From positions 257,063-321,062 of the forward strand of contig CAVTBD010000002.1 of the NCBI GenBank assembly GCA_963732875.1: DNA of 64,000 nt. The letters are read 5' to 3'. The notes under the pieces were generated by a model that saw only the letters and a list, made by a program, of their open reading frames with translations, had not been told where the DNA came from and ran no database searches. The position numbers and the translations under genes were made by a program. This document shows positions 9,769 through 21,646 of this stretch, one piece after another. Position 1 is the stretch's first letter, and each line of letters opens with the position of its first letter. Source of the stretch: an uncultured Alphaproteobacteria bacterium (GTDB taxonomy: Bacteria; Pseudomonadota; Alphaproteobacteria; SMXQ01).

Positions 9769-10269
9769 ATGATCCTGATCGGCCTCGGCGCCAACCTCGA
9801 CAGCCCGGTCTACGGCCCCCCGGAACGCACCCTGCCGGCTGCCCTTGACCGACTCGCGGCCTCGGGAATCCGCATCCTGCGCCGTTCTCGCCTGTACCGC
9901 ACCGCGCCCGTGCCGGTATCCGACCAGCCCTGGTACGTCAATGCCGTGGCGGCGGTTGCGACCGGTCTTGCCCCGGAGCCCCTGCTCGGGGCCCTTTTGG
10001 CGCTGGAGCAGGATTTCGGCCGGGTCCGGACCGTTCCCAATGCGCCCCGGGTGCTGGACCTCGACCTGCTCGCCTATGACGAGGTCCGGACCCCGCCGGG
10101 GTCGGCCCCGGAACTGCCCCATCCGCGGCTCCACGAGCGCGCCTTCGTGCTGCTGCCCCTGGCGGAGGTCGCGCCCGAATGGCGCCATCCGGCCACCGGC
10201 AGGACGGTTTCGGCCCTGATCGCCGCCCTGCCGCCGGATCAGCGGGCCCAGCCCATGGCGGTGTCCTGA
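9769..10269 (+). CDS. folK: 2-amino-4-hydroxy-6-hydroxymethyldihydropteridine diphosphokinase
   Basis: 166 aa, [10 protein letters not shown]...SRLYRTAPV...PWYVNAV...[13 protein letters not shown]...[19 protein letters not shown]. Confidence 0.9.
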   Translation: MILIGLGANLDSPVYGPPERTLPAALDRLAASGIRILRRSRLYRTAPVPVSDQPWYVNAVAAVATGLAPEPLLGALLALEQDFGRVRTVPNAPRVLDLDLLAYDEVRTPPGSAPELPHPRLHERAFVLLPLAEVAPEWRHPATGRTVSALIAALPPDQRAQPMAVS

Positions 10270-10315
10270 CGTCCCTGGAGGCCCCGGGGAAAGCCCCGGA
10301 AGACCCGGATGTTCC

Positions 10316-10346
10316 TTGCTTTTCCGCGGTTCCAACCCTATATACT
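10316..10346 (+). promoter_or_regulatory. Putative sigma70-type promoter of rpoZ-spoT
   Basis: TTGCTT (10316-10321), a 17-nt spacer, then TATATA/TATACT (10339-10346), about 30 nt upstream of the rpoZ ATG. Pattern match only. Confidence 0.35.
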
Positions 10347-10377
10347 GGCGGAAATTCCCCGCGATTCGGAGACCCGT

Positions 10378-10858
10378 ATGGCCCGCATTACCGTCGAGGA
10401 CTGCGTCCTCAAGATTTCCCAACCAATTCGACCTCGTCCTGGTCGCCGCCCAGCGTGCCCGCGACGTGTCCGCCGGTTCCGTGCTGACGGTCGACCGCGA
10501 CAACGACAAGAACCCGGTCGTATCGCTGCGCGAGATCGCCGACGAGACCATCGATATCGACGCGCTGCGCCAGGGCGTGATCCAGGGCCTGCAGCGCCAC
10601 GTCGAGAAGGACGAGCCCGAGGACGAGGACCCGGACCTGCTGTCGCTCGGCCAGGGACTCGGTGCCCTGAAGCCCGAGGAAGCGTCGCAGCGTCGCAGCC
10701 TCATCGACGAAGAGATCGCGGACGAGGTTCTGACGGTGGGAGAGGACGCCATCGAGGAAGGGGCCGATATTGCGGACGACGCCGAGAGCACGGAAGCGGA
10801 ATTGGCGGAAGCGGAATCGAACGACGCGGCGGACGACGCCGGCGAGCGGGAGGAATAA
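10378..10858 (+). pseudogene. rpoZ: RNA polymerase omega subunit, reading frame broken by a 1-nt insertion near 10415-10417
   Basis: ATG 10378 gives the canonical N-terminus [13 protein letters not shown]. The conserved continuation [16 protein letters not shown]... is in the next frame (track ORF 10316..10858). The span is 481 nt (3n+1). Long acidic C-terminal tail. Confidence 0.8.
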
Positions 10859-10954
10859 GCCCGGCCGGGCCGTCGCGGCCCGGCGCCGGAACCGCCGCGT
10901 GGCGCGAACAGACCGGTCTGGCCGGTCGTGCGGTGGTTGCAACTGGGGCTTGGA

Positions 10955-13111
10955 ATGATTCGTCAGTTCGAACTTGTCGAGATGGTCCGGGCCTATGACC
11001 CGGACGTTGACGAAGACCTGATCAATCGGGCCTACGTGTTTGCCATGAAGGCGCACGGCAGCCAGAAGCGCGCCTCGGGCGATCCCTACTTTTCCCATCC
11101 CGTGGAGGTCGCGGGCATCCTCGCCGGGATGCGCCTCGACCAGTACACCATCGCCACGGCCCTCCTGCACGATACCGTCGAGGACACCCTCGCCACCGTC
11201 GAGGAGATCGAGGCCCTGTTCGGCAAGGAGGTGGCGCGTCTCGTCGATGGCGTCACCAAGCTGTCGCGCATCGAGCTCCAGTCGGACCATACCCGGGAGG
11301 CGGAGAACTTCCGCAAGTTCCTGCTGGCGATGTCGGAAGACATCCGCGTGCTGCTGGTGAAGCTTGCCGACCGGCTTCACAACATGCGCACCTTGCGTTT
11401 CATTCACGATCCGGCGAAGCGTCGCCGCATCGCCAGTGAGACCATGGAGATATACGCGCCGCTTGCCGAACGCATCGGCCTGCGCGACTTCAAGGACGAA
11501 CTCGAGGATCTGGCCTTCGCCGAGGTCAATCCCGAAGCCCGCAACTCGGTGCTGGCGCGCCTCGAATTCCTGCGCGAGCAGGGCGGTGATCTCGACGACA
11601 AGATCATCGCGGAACTGAAGAAGACGCTCGAGGCCGGCGGGGTCGTGGCCGAGGTCACGGGCCGCGAGAAGAGGCCGTTCTCGATCTGGTCGAAGATGCA
11701 GCGCAAGCGCGTCGCCTTCGAGCAGCTCGCCGATATCATGGCGTTCCGGGTGGTGGTCGATACCAAGACCCAATGCTATCAGGCGCTCGGTGTGCTGCAC
11801 GGCACCTACCCGGTGGTGCCCGGCAGGTTCAAGGACTATATCTCGACGCCCAAGCGCAACGGCTATTCGTCGCTCCACACCTGCGTCATCGGCCCCAACA
11901 AGAACCGCATCGAGTTGCAGATCCGCACCCGCGAGATGCACGAGGTCGCCGAGCGCGGCGTCGCCGCCCATTGGGCCTACAAGCAGGGCGAGAGCGCCAC
12001 CCGCGAGGGCCGTAAATACGGCTGGTTGCGCGAGCTTCTCCAGATCCTCGACCAGGCCGCGGGCCCTGAGGAATTCCTGGAACATACCAAGCTCGAGATG
12101 TTCCAGGACCAGGTGTTCTGCTTCACGCCCCGTGGCGACCTGATCAGCCTGCCGCGCGGCGCCACGCCGGTGGACTTCGCCTATGCGGTGCATTCGGGCA
12201 TCGGCGATACCTGCGTCGGCGCCAAGATCAACGGGCGCATCATGCCGCTCAAGACCCAGCTCGAGAACGGCGACCAGGTCGAGATCATCACGTCCAAGGC
12301 GCAGAGCCCGTCGCCGACCTGGGAAGGCTTCGTGGTCACCGGCAAGGCGCGCGCCGCTATCCGCAGGTTCGTGCGCTCGCGCCAGATGCAGGAATACGTC
12401 TATCTCGGCCGCGCCATCCTGCAGAAGGCGTTCGAGGAAGTCGGCTACCAGTATTCCGACAAGGCGCTCAAGGGCGTGCTCCGGATTTTCCGCCACGAAA
12501 GCACCGACGATCTGCTGGCGGCGGTCGGCTCCAGCGCGGTCACCGCGCGCGAGGTGCTGCTCGCCGTGTTCCCCGGCCTCAAGGAGGAACTCGACGCCGG
12601 CGTGATCGGTGCCAAGGTCGTGCCGCTCGCCGCCGCCCGCAGGGAGCGCGGCAAGGACAAAGGCCATGCCGTGCCGATCAAGGGGCTGACGCCCGGCATG
12701 GCGCTGCACTATGCCAACTGCTGCCATCCGCTGCCGGGCGACCGCATCGTCGGCATCCTGACCCCCGGCAAGGGCGTCACGATCCACACCATCGACTGCG
12801 AAACGCTCGAAAGCTTCTCGGAAATGCCCGAGCGCTGGCTCGACGTGGCCTGGGACGTGGAGCATGTCGAGGAGCGGGTGGGGCGCATCAACGTCACCGT
12901 GATCAATGAGCCGGGCGCCCTTTCGGCACTGGCCTCGGTGATCGCGAAGAACCTCGGCAACATCCTCAATCTCAAGATTACCCATCGGGCGACCGATTTC
13001 TTCGAAATGGCGATCGATGTCGAGGTCAAGAACGTCAAGCACCTGAGCAATATCATCGCCGCACTCCGCGCGACGCCGGCCATCAATTCGGTGGAACGGG
13101 CGCGGGGATAA
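10955..13111 (+). CDS. spoT: Bifunctional (p)ppGpp synthetase/hydrolase (RelA/SpoT homologue)
   Basis: ~718 aa. HD hydrolase motif (HPVEVAGILA...LLHDTVEDT), synthetase domain (REKRPFSIWSKMQRK...YSSLHT), TGS and C-terminal ACT region. Lies immediately downstream of rpoZ as in the conserved spo operon. ATG 10955 preferred over the upstream start at 10928. Confidence 0.95.
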   Translation: MIRQFELVEMVRAYDPDVDEDLINRAYVFAMKAHGSQKRASGDPYFSHPVEVAGILAGMRLDQYTIATALLHDTVEDTLATVEEIEALFGKEVARLVDGVTKLSRIELQSDHTREAENFRKFLLAMSEDIRVLLVKLADRLHNMRTLRFIHDPAKRRRIASETMEIYAPLAERIGLRDFKDELEDLAFAEVNPEARNSVLARLEFLREQGGDLDDKIIAELKKTLEAGGVVAEVTGREKRPFSIWSKMQRKRVAFEQLADIMAFRVVVDTKTQCYQALGVLHGTYPVVPGRFKDYISTPKRNGYSSLHTCVIGPNKNRIELQIRTREMHEVAERGVAAHWAYKQGESATREGRKYGWLRELLQILDQAAGPEEFLEHTKLEMFQDQVFCFTPRGDLISLPRGATPVDFAYAVHSGIGDTCVGAKINGRIMPLKTQLENGDQVEIITSKAQSPSPTWEGFVVTGKARAAIRRFVRSRQMQEYVYLGRAILQKAFEEVGYQYSDKALKGVLRIFRHESTDDLLAAVGSSAVTAREVLLAVFPGLKEELDAGVIGAKVVPLAAARRERGKDKGHAVPIKGLTPGMALHYANCCHPLPGDRIVGILTPGKGVTIHTIDCETLESFSEMPERWLDVAWDVEHVEERVGRINVTVINEPGALSALASVIAKNLGNILNLKITHRATDFFEMAIDVEVKNVKHLSNIIAALRATPAINSVERARG

Positions 13112-13136
13112 TCTCGGAAGAAGGATACCCCGAGCC

Positions 13137-13709
13137 GTGCTGTTCGACCGGCGCGTCAAGCCATCACTGACCCAGCGGGCACGCAATCTCGTGTGGCCGC
13201 GCGCCGGCTTTCGCCGGGCCGGTCGCTACATCGCCCACCGCGTGCGCCGCATTCCGGGAACGCCCTATGCCATCGCGGCTGGCTTCGCCTGTGGCGCCGC
13301 CGTCTCCATGACGCCGTTCCCGGGATTCCACTTCATCCTTTCGGGGGTGCTGGCGTGGGTGCTGCGGGGCTCGATCATCGCGTCGGCCATCGGCACCGTG
13401 GTCGGCAATCCTTGGACCTTCCCGTTCATCTGGCTGTGGATCTTCGAGCTCGGCAACTGGATGCTCGGCACCAACAACGTGCTTACCAGCGGCGACATCA
13501 CCATGAGCTTCCTGTGGCACCATCCGTGGGAAGTGCTCCTGCCGATGCTGGTGGGCTCGGTGCCGACGGCCCTGGTCACATGGTTCGCGTTCTTCTGGCC
13601 GATCCGGCGCATGGTCGCGGGCTACCAGACACATCGCCGGCATCGCCTGGCCCAGGCGGCGAGCGCCTACCGCGCGCGCAACGTGGCGCGGCCGGAGGCG
13701 GCGGAATGA
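13137..13709 (+). CDS. DUF2062-family membrane protein
   Basis: 190 aa, GTG start. ...[57 protein letters not shown]. Its stop overlaps the pdxJ start (ATGA at 13706). Confidence 0.75.
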   Translation: MLFDRRVKPSLTQRARNLVWPRAGFRRAGRYIAHRVRRIPGTPYAIAAGFACGAAVSMTPFPGFHFILSGVLAWVLRGSIIASAIGTVVGNPWTFPFIWLWIFELGNWMLGTNNVLTSGDITMSFLWHHPWEVLLPMLVGSVPTALVTWFAFFWPIRRMVAGYQTHRRHRLAQAASAYRARNVARPEAAE

Positions 13710-14479
13710 CTTCGGTTATGCCTACCGCCGGCCACCTCAGGCTCGGCGTCAATATCGATCACGTCGCCACGATCCGTAACGCCCGCGGCGGCGACCATCC
13801 CGACCCCGTGCGCGCCGCGCGCATCGCCGCGCAGGCCGGTGCCGATGGCATCACCGCCCATCTGCGCGAGGACCGGCGCCACATTTCCGACCGCGACATC
13901 CGTGCCCTTGTGCGCGAGATCGAGCTGCCGCTCAATCTCGAGATGGCGGCGACCGAGGAGATGCTGGCGATCGCGTTGGACCATGGGCCCCATGCCGCCT
14001 GCGTCGTCCCGGAAAAACGCCAGGAGCTGACCACCGAAGGCGGGCTCGACGTGGTCGCGGGACGGGCTCATCTCGCGCCGTTTGTGGCGCAGCTTCGCGC
14101 GCGCGGCATCCGCGTGTCGCTGTTCATCGATCCCGATTCCGCCCAGATCGAGGCCGCCGCCGCTCTCGGTGCGCCGGTGGTGGAGCTGCACACCGGGGCC
14201 TATTGCGAGGCGATCGGGGACGACCGGCTGGTGGCGCTGGAACGGATACGCGCCGGAGCGCGCCTTGCGGTGTCGCTGGGCCTCGAATGTCACGCCGGGC
14301 ACGGGCTCACCTTCGATACGGTCGGCGACATCGCCGCGATTGCCGAGATCGCCGAGCTCAACATCGGCCATTTTCTGGTGGGTGAGGCGATCTTCTCGGG
14401 CCTCGATTCAGCCATCAAGCGCATGCGCGCGCTGATGGACAAGGCCCGGGCCGATGCCGCCGGGCGGCGTTCCGCCTGA
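13706..14479 (+). CDS. pdxJ: Pyridoxine 5'-phosphate synthase
   Basis: Internal ATG 13706 of ORF 13193..14479: ...[24 protein letters not shown]....[20 protein letters not shown]...LNLEMA...[16 protein letters not shown]...ELHTG.Y...ECHAGHGL...[14 protein letters not shown]. Confidence 0.95.
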   Translation: MTSVMPTAGHLRLGVNIDHVATIRNARGGDHPDPVRAARIAAQAGADGITAHLREDRRHISDRDIRALVREIELPLNLEMAATEEMLAIALDHGPHAACVVPEKRQELTTEGGLDVVAGRAHLAPFVAQLRARGIRVSLFIDPDSAQIEAAAALGAPVVELHTGAYCEAIGDDRLVALERIRAGARLAVSLGLECHAGHGLTFDTVGDIAAIAEIAELNIGHFLVGEAIFSGLDSAIKRMRALMDKARADAAGRRSA

Positions 14480-14485
14480 GGTCCC

Positions 14486-14911
14486 ATGATCATCGGCCTT
14501 GGCAGCGACCTGATCGATACCCGCCGCATCGCGCATACCCTGGAGCGATTCGGCGAGCGCTTTCTCGCCCGTGTCTTCACCAAGGAGGAACGCCGCAAGT
14601 CGGACCGGCGCCGCAACCGGGTCGAGAGCTATGCCAAGCGCTATGCCGCCAAGGAAGCTTGTTCCAAGGCGCTGGGCACCGGTTTCCGCAAGGGCGTGTT
14701 CTGGCGCGACATGGGCGTGGTCAATCTGCCGGGAGGCAAGCCGAGCATGGCGCTGACCGGTGGCGCGGCGCGACGACTCGCCGAGATCACGCCGGCCGGC
14801 TGCGAGGCGCGCATCGACGTCTCCCTGAGCGACGAGCCTCCCATCGCCCAGGCCATCGTCATCATCACGGCGGTTCCGCTGACGAACAACTCGTCGCCGG
14901 GCGGCCCATGA
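14486..14911 (+). CDS. acpS: Holo-[acyl-carrier-protein] synthase
   Basis: [15 protein letters not shown]...[10 protein letters not shown]......[18 protein letters not shown]...[18 protein letters not shown]. Confidence 0.9.
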   Translation: MIIGLGSDLIDTRRIAHTLERFGERFLARVFTKEERRKSDRRRNRVESYAKRYAAKEACSKALGTGFRKGVFWRDMGVVNLPGGKPSMALTGGAARRLAEITPAGCEARIDVSLSDEPPIAQAIVIITAVPLTNNSSPGGP

Positions 14912-15000
14912 GCCTTGACAGGGGCGGCCGTGCGTGCATCCTTACCCCGCGCTTGGGCGCCAGAGAAAAAGTTATTTCAATTAGTTAGGCGGATCATTTC

Positions 15001-15768
15001 ATGGATGGTGCGAACACCAAAGCGGGGCCAAAGAGCAAACGCAGCGGCAGCCTCGGCGAAACCGTCAAGACCATCATCTATGCCGGCCTGATCGCCGTCG
15101 GCGTGCGTACTTTCGCCTACGAGCCGTTCAACATCCCCTCGAAATCGATGGTGCCGACGCTGCTGGTCGGCGACTACCTGTTCGTCTCGAAGTTCTCCTA
15201 CGGCTATTCGCGCTATTCGCTGCCGTTTGGTCTGCCGCTGATCGGCGGGCGCATTTTCTTCCATCCGCCGGTGCGGGGCGACGTGGTGGTGTTCAAGCTA
15301 CCGACCGACAACACCACCGACTACATCAAGCGCGTGATCGGACTGCCCGGTGACCGCATCCAGATGGTGAACGGCAGGCTGGTGATCAACGGCAAGGAAT
15401 TGCCGCGCCGCCGCGTCGGGGAATACGTCGATACTGACGAATACGGCAACGCCACCACTTACACGAAATACATGGAAACGCTGCCCAACGGGCGCGAGCA
15501 CGTGATCATCGAGAAATCCGACAACGGCATGCTCGACAACACGCCGGTCTATACGGTGCCGCCGAACCATTACTTCTGCATGGGGGACAACCGCGACAAC
15601 TCGCTCAATTCGCGTGTGCTCAACATGGTTGGCTATGTGCCCGAGAAGAACCTGGTCGGCCGCGCCGAAGTTCTGTTCTTCTCGTCCAACGGCACCGCGC
15701 ACCTGTGGGAAGTCTGGAAATGGCCGACCGCCGTCCGCTTCTCGCGCCTGTTCACGGGGATTCACTGA
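15001..15768 (+). CDS. lepB: Signal peptidase I
   Basis: 255 aa, FNIPSKSMVPTLLVGDYLFVSKFSYGY...GDVVVFKLP......YIKRVIGLPGDRI...FCMGDNRDNSLNSR. Confidence 0.95.
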   Translation: MDGANTKAGPKSKRSGSLGETVKTIIYAGLIAVGVRTFAYEPFNIPSKSMVPTLLVGDYLFVSKFSYGYSRYSLPFGLPLIGGRIFFHPPVRGDVVVFKLPTDNTTDYIKRVIGLPGDRIQMVNGRLVINGKELPRRRVGEYVDTDEYGNATTYTKYMETLPNGREHVIIEKSDNGMLDNTPVYTVPPNHYFCMGDNRDNSLNSRVLNMVGYVPEKNLVGRAEVLFFSSNGTAHLWEVWKWPTAVRFSRLFTGIH

Positions 15769-15771
15769 CGC

Positions 15772-16536
15772 GTGGCGCGCCGCGCGGATAGCAAAGCCAA
15801 AGCCAGGACGCGCCCGACTGCGCCCGGGACGGCATCGGACCGGGACTGGACCGCGCTCGTGCAGGCTATTGGCCACGACTTCGCCGATCCCGGCCTGCTT
15901 GCCGAGGCCATGACCCATCGCAGCGCTGCCCGTGCCGATGCGTTCCGGTTCGGCAATGAGCGACTGGAGTTTCTTGGCGACCGGGTGCTCGGGCTGGTGG
16001 TGGCGGAGCTGTTGCTCGCGGAGTTCCCCGACGACGCCGAAGGCGCGCTGGCACGCCGCTTCACCGGCCTGGTCAGGCGCGAGGCGCTGGAGAAGGTGGC
16101 CACCGGTCTTGATCTCGGGCAGTTCATCGTTGTCGCCGAGAGCGAGGAGCGCGCCGGTGCACGGCACAATCGCAGCATCCTGGCCGATACCTGTGAAGCC
16201 CTGATCGGCGGGCTCTACCTCGACGGCGGTCTCGAGGTTGCCCGGCGCTTCATCCTGGCCCGTTGGCGGCCGTTGCTCGCGGCCCACGGACGGGCCCGGC
16301 GCGACGCCAAGACCCAGCTCCAGGAATGGGCCCAGGGCCGCGGCCTTAGCCTGCCCCAATACCGTGAGGTCGGGCGCGAGGGGCCGGCCCACGCGCCGTC
16401 GTTCACGGTCGAGGCGCGCGTCGGCGGATTTGCGCCGACGCTGGGCACGGCCGGTTCCAAGCGCGCGGCGGAGCAGGTGGCGGCGGCGGCGTTGCTCGAC
16501 GTGATCGCTACGGAAGAGGAGGCGGTCGGTGAGTGA
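15772..16536 (+). CDS. rnc: Ribonuclease III
   Basis: LLAEAMTHRSA...NERLEFLGDRVLGLVVAELL...LADTCEALIGGLYLDGG...AKTQLQEWAQ...LPQYREVGREGPAHAPSF. GTG start. Overlaps era by 8 nt. Confidence 0.93.
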   Translation: MARRADSKAKARTRPTAPGTASDRDWTALVQAIGHDFADPGLLAEAMTHRSAARADAFRFGNERLEFLGDRVLGLVVAELLLAEFPDDAEGALARRFTGLVRREALEKVATGLDLGQFIVVAESEERAGARHNRSILADTCEALIGGLYLDGGLEVARRFILARWRPLLAAHGRARRDAKTQLQEWAQGRGLSLPQYREVGREGPAHAPSFTVEARVGGFAPTLGTAGSKRAAEQVAAAALLDVIATEEEAVGE

Positions 16537-17476
16537 GGATGCGAGCCCGGGAACGGATACGCCCGCCCGAACGCATGCCGGCTTCATCGCGCTGATCGGC
16601 GCGCCCAACGCGGGAAAGTCGACGCTGCTCAACAGCCTGATTGGTTCGCCGCTCGCCATCGTCAGTCCCAAGGTGCAGACCACGCGTACCCGCATGACAG
16701 GTATCTGCATGGCGGGGGATACCCAGCTTGCGTTCATCGATACGCCCGGTATCTTCGCGCCGAAACGGCGCCTCGACCGTGCCATGGTGGCGGCCGCGTG
16801 GAGCGCGATCGAGGGAGCGGACGCCGTGGTGCTGGTGGTGGACGCCGAGCGCGCGGCCCATGCGCCCACGCGTCTCGATCCGGAGACCGCCGAGATCATC
16901 GCCCGTCTCCGGGCACGCAACTACAAGGCGGCGCTGGTGCTCAATAAGATCGACCTTGTCGCGCGCGAGGCGCTTCTGGCGGTCGTCGCGGCCCACGACG
17001 CGGCACTTCCCTTCGAACGCGTGTTCATGATATCGGCGCGCAACGGTGACGGTGTCGACGACCTCAAGGCCTGGCTGGTCGCGGCCATGCCGGAAGGTCC
17101 ATGGCTGTTCCCGCCCGATCAGCTTTCGGACCTGCCGATGCGCCTGCTTGCCGCCGAGATCACCCGCGAGCAGGCGTTCCTTCAGCTGCACCAGGAGCTG
17201 CCCTACGGGCTCACGGTCGAGACCGAGCGCTGGGAGGAACGTGACGACGGCTCGGCGCGCATTGATCAGATCATCCTGGTCGCGCGCGAAACCCACAAGC
17301 GCATGGTGATCGGGAAGGGTGGTGCCAAGGTGCGCGCGCTCGGCGAAGCCGCCCGGCGCAAGCTCGAGGAAATGCTGGAGCGCCGCGTGCACCTGTTCCT
17401 GCACGTCAAGGTCAAGCCGGACTGGATGGAGCGGGCCGAGCACTACCGCGAGATCGGCCTCGACTTCATGTCGTAA
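16529..17476 (+). CDS. era: GTPase Era
   Basis: GFIALIGAPNAGKSTLLN (G1), FIDTPG (G3), LNKIDL (G4), and a C-terminal KH domain (VARETHKRMVIGKGGAKV). Confidence 0.95.
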   Translation: MSEDASPGTDTPARTHAGFIALIGAPNAGKSTLLNSLIGSPLAIVSPKVQTTRTRMTGICMAGDTQLAFIDTPGIFAPKRRLDRAMVAAAWSAIEGADAVVLVVDAERAAHAPTRLDPETAEIIARLRARNYKAALVLNKIDLVAREALLAVVAAHDAALPFERVFMISARNGDGVDDLKAWLVAAMPEGPWLFPPDQLSDLPMRLLAAEITREQAFLQLHQELPYGLTVETERWEERDDGSARIDQIILVARETHKRMVIGKGGAKVRALGEAARRKLEEMLERRVHLFLHVKVKPDWMERAEHYREIGLDFMS

Positions 17477-17485
17477 CGAAGCCGT

Positions 17486-18440
17486 TCAGGCGATCCTGAG
17501 GCGGCGGGCCTTTTCGGTCGCGTCGTTGAGCGCCTTGACCACGAGGTCGGCGGCGCCGTCACGCTCGAGCAGGGTGGCGGTCACGGCAAGCGCATGAACC
17601 TTGAGTAGCTCGTAAAGCTGCCGGGTCGGGGTGGCGGCGATCGCCTCTTGCATCCGGATCATGGAGTCGCAGATATCGAGCAGCGCCATGTAGCCCTGGG
17701 CTTCCAAGTCGCAGGCAAGGTCGTCGATCAAGGCGGCGATCTGCGTGTCGCGTTCGCGCCGGGCTGAAATCTTCCGACGTGCCGCCGGCAAGGGCGAGAA
17801 GGGTTTCGTCGATCAGCCAGGCAATGCGCTGGGCATGACGATTGAGGCGATGATTGTCGATGCGCGTCTGTACCGCGCTCACGGCATCGCTCGATGCGGC
17901 CGATTCGAGGTCGCCGGTCGCCTTGTAGCGCAGGTTGTTGGGGACGCGGATGGTGCCGAGGCCGATCGGGTCGGCACTGGCACGGTCGCGGGTGCGCCGG
18001 TCGGGGCCGACATAGCTCGACGTCACGACGAAGCTCTTGCGGTTCGAGATCAGCGCATTGAGACGCTCCATGATCAGCTTGATCGAGAGCGGCATGGTGA
18101 CGATGTCGTCGATTCCGGCTTCGAGGCTGCTGTTCACGGCGTCGATGCTGGGATGCCACGAGAGCGCGATGATGACCATGAACGGGTCGGCGCAAACACG
18201 CGAATGACGGACCTCGCGCACCAGATCGCAGACCGCATCGTGTTCGCGATCCAGGTCGAGCAGCACCAGGTCCGGCGAGCGCTCGATGATTGCGTTTCGG
18301 GCCCGCTCCAGGTCGCCGAAATCAAGGATATTGCGGAATCCCAAGACCAGCATGGCGTCGCGCAGCGTCGCCCGCATCTGTCCGAGCGGGTTGAACAGGA
18401 CGACCGTAGCCTGTTCGAGGTCGTATTGTTTTCCTACCAA
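17486..18440 (-). pseudogene. Receiver (REC)-domain protein with helical C-terminal domain, frame broken by a 1-nt insertion around 17759-17790
   Basis: ORF 17559..18440 carries a CheY-like fold (DLVLLDLD..., VIIALS) and then decays into Arg/Pro-rich sequence. ORF 17486..17791 in the adjacent frame continues with protein-like sequence (RRERDTQIAALIDDLACDLEAQGYMALLDICDSMIRMQEAI...). The combined span is 955 nt (3n+1). Confidence 0.65.
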
Positions 18441-18594
18441 GGGAATACCCCTTTTGGGCTGTATTGCAGTGATGATTCCCGAAATTCGTCACCAAAACTT
18501 AAATTTCAGGGGCATTTCGCGGTAGGTCGGCATGGGCCGGACGAGTCCGGGTCCTTATGGGCCGGGCCGGTCCCGCCATGCTATAGCCGTAGCC

Positions 18595-19347
18595 ATGGAA
18601 TGGCATGATCAAGGGCTGATTCTGGGGGTGCGCCGGCACGGGGAGACGGCTGCCATCGTGAGTCTGCTGACCCGGGAGCGGGGCCGGCACGCCGGTCTCG
18701 TGAGGGGGGGCCAGTCACGCCGCCGCCAGGGCCTGCTGCAGCCCGGAAACCTGGTCTCGGCGACCTGGCGCGCTCGCCTCCCGGAACACCTCGGCACCTT
18801 CGCCCTCGAGCCTGGGCGGGACTTCGCCGCCCTGGTCATGGAGGACGCCGGCCGGCTCAGGGCGCTCACGGCCATGGCGGCCTTGCTTGAAGGGGCCTTG
18901 GCCGAGCAGGATCCCCATGCCGAGGTGTTTGCCGACAGCCTCGCCCTGGTGGAGCGTCTGGCGACGCCGGAGGACGAGCGGGCCGCGGTGCCGGGCTGGC
19001 TCGTGGCCTATGTGCGCTGGGAACTCGATTTCCTGCGGGCGCTCGGTTTCGGCCTCGACCTCGGGTCCTGCGCGGCTACGGGTTCGACCGAGGAGTTGAT
19101 TTATGTGTCGCCCCGGTCGGGCCGGGCGGTATCGGCAGCGGCGGGCGAACCCTACCGGGATCGCCTGCTGCGGTTGCCGGGCTTCCTGCGCGGCGACGAC
19201 CTGGCGCCGGCCGGATCGGACGATATCCTTGCCGGTCTGCGCCTGACCGGCCATTTCTTCGAGCGCCACCATTACGCGGCCCATGCCGGCCGATTGCCGG
19301 CGGCGCGCGTACGGCTGGTGGAGTCTCTGATCGCCGGCAAAAATTAG
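18595..19347 (+). CDS. recO: DNA repair protein RecO
   Basis: ATG 18595: MEWHDQGLILGVRRHGETAAIVSLLTRERGRHAGLVRGG.S.R......PGNLV.A.W.ARL...LG.F..E. Conserved position after era. Confidence 0.9.
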   Translation: MEWHDQGLILGVRRHGETAAIVSLLTRERGRHAGLVRGGQSRRRQGLLQPGNLVSATWRARLPEHLGTFALEPGRDFAALVMEDAGRLRALTAMAALLEGALAEQDPHAEVFADSLALVERLATPEDERAAVPGWLVAYVRWELDFLRALGFGLDLGSCAATGSTEELIYVSPRSGRAVSAAAGEPYRDRLLRLPGFLRGDDLAPAGSDDILAGLRLTGHFFERHHYAAHAGRLPAARVRLVESLIAGKN

Positions 19348-19404
19348 GCGACCATCTCCACTACATCTTGTGTTTTTTCCTTCAGGCGTGCATAGATCGG
19401 GCCC

Positions 19405-21639
<2,235 letters not shown>

Positions 21640-21646
21640 TCCGGCC

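Noticed and set aside
10409-13186. 925-aa ORF antisense to rpoZ/spoT. Similar giant shadow ORFs are 968..2839(-), 19420..21213(-), 32969..35539(+), 40734..43022(-), 55216..57360(-), 55473..57731(+) and 15298..16920(-).
   Set aside because: Their translations are low-complexity Arg/Gly/Ala/Pro/His-rich sequence with no recognisable motifs. They lie exactly opposite, or out of frame with, strongly conserved genes (spoT, dctM, parC, acylase, livHM, hppA, lepB/rnc). Long stop-free antisense frames are expected in DNA this GC-rich.
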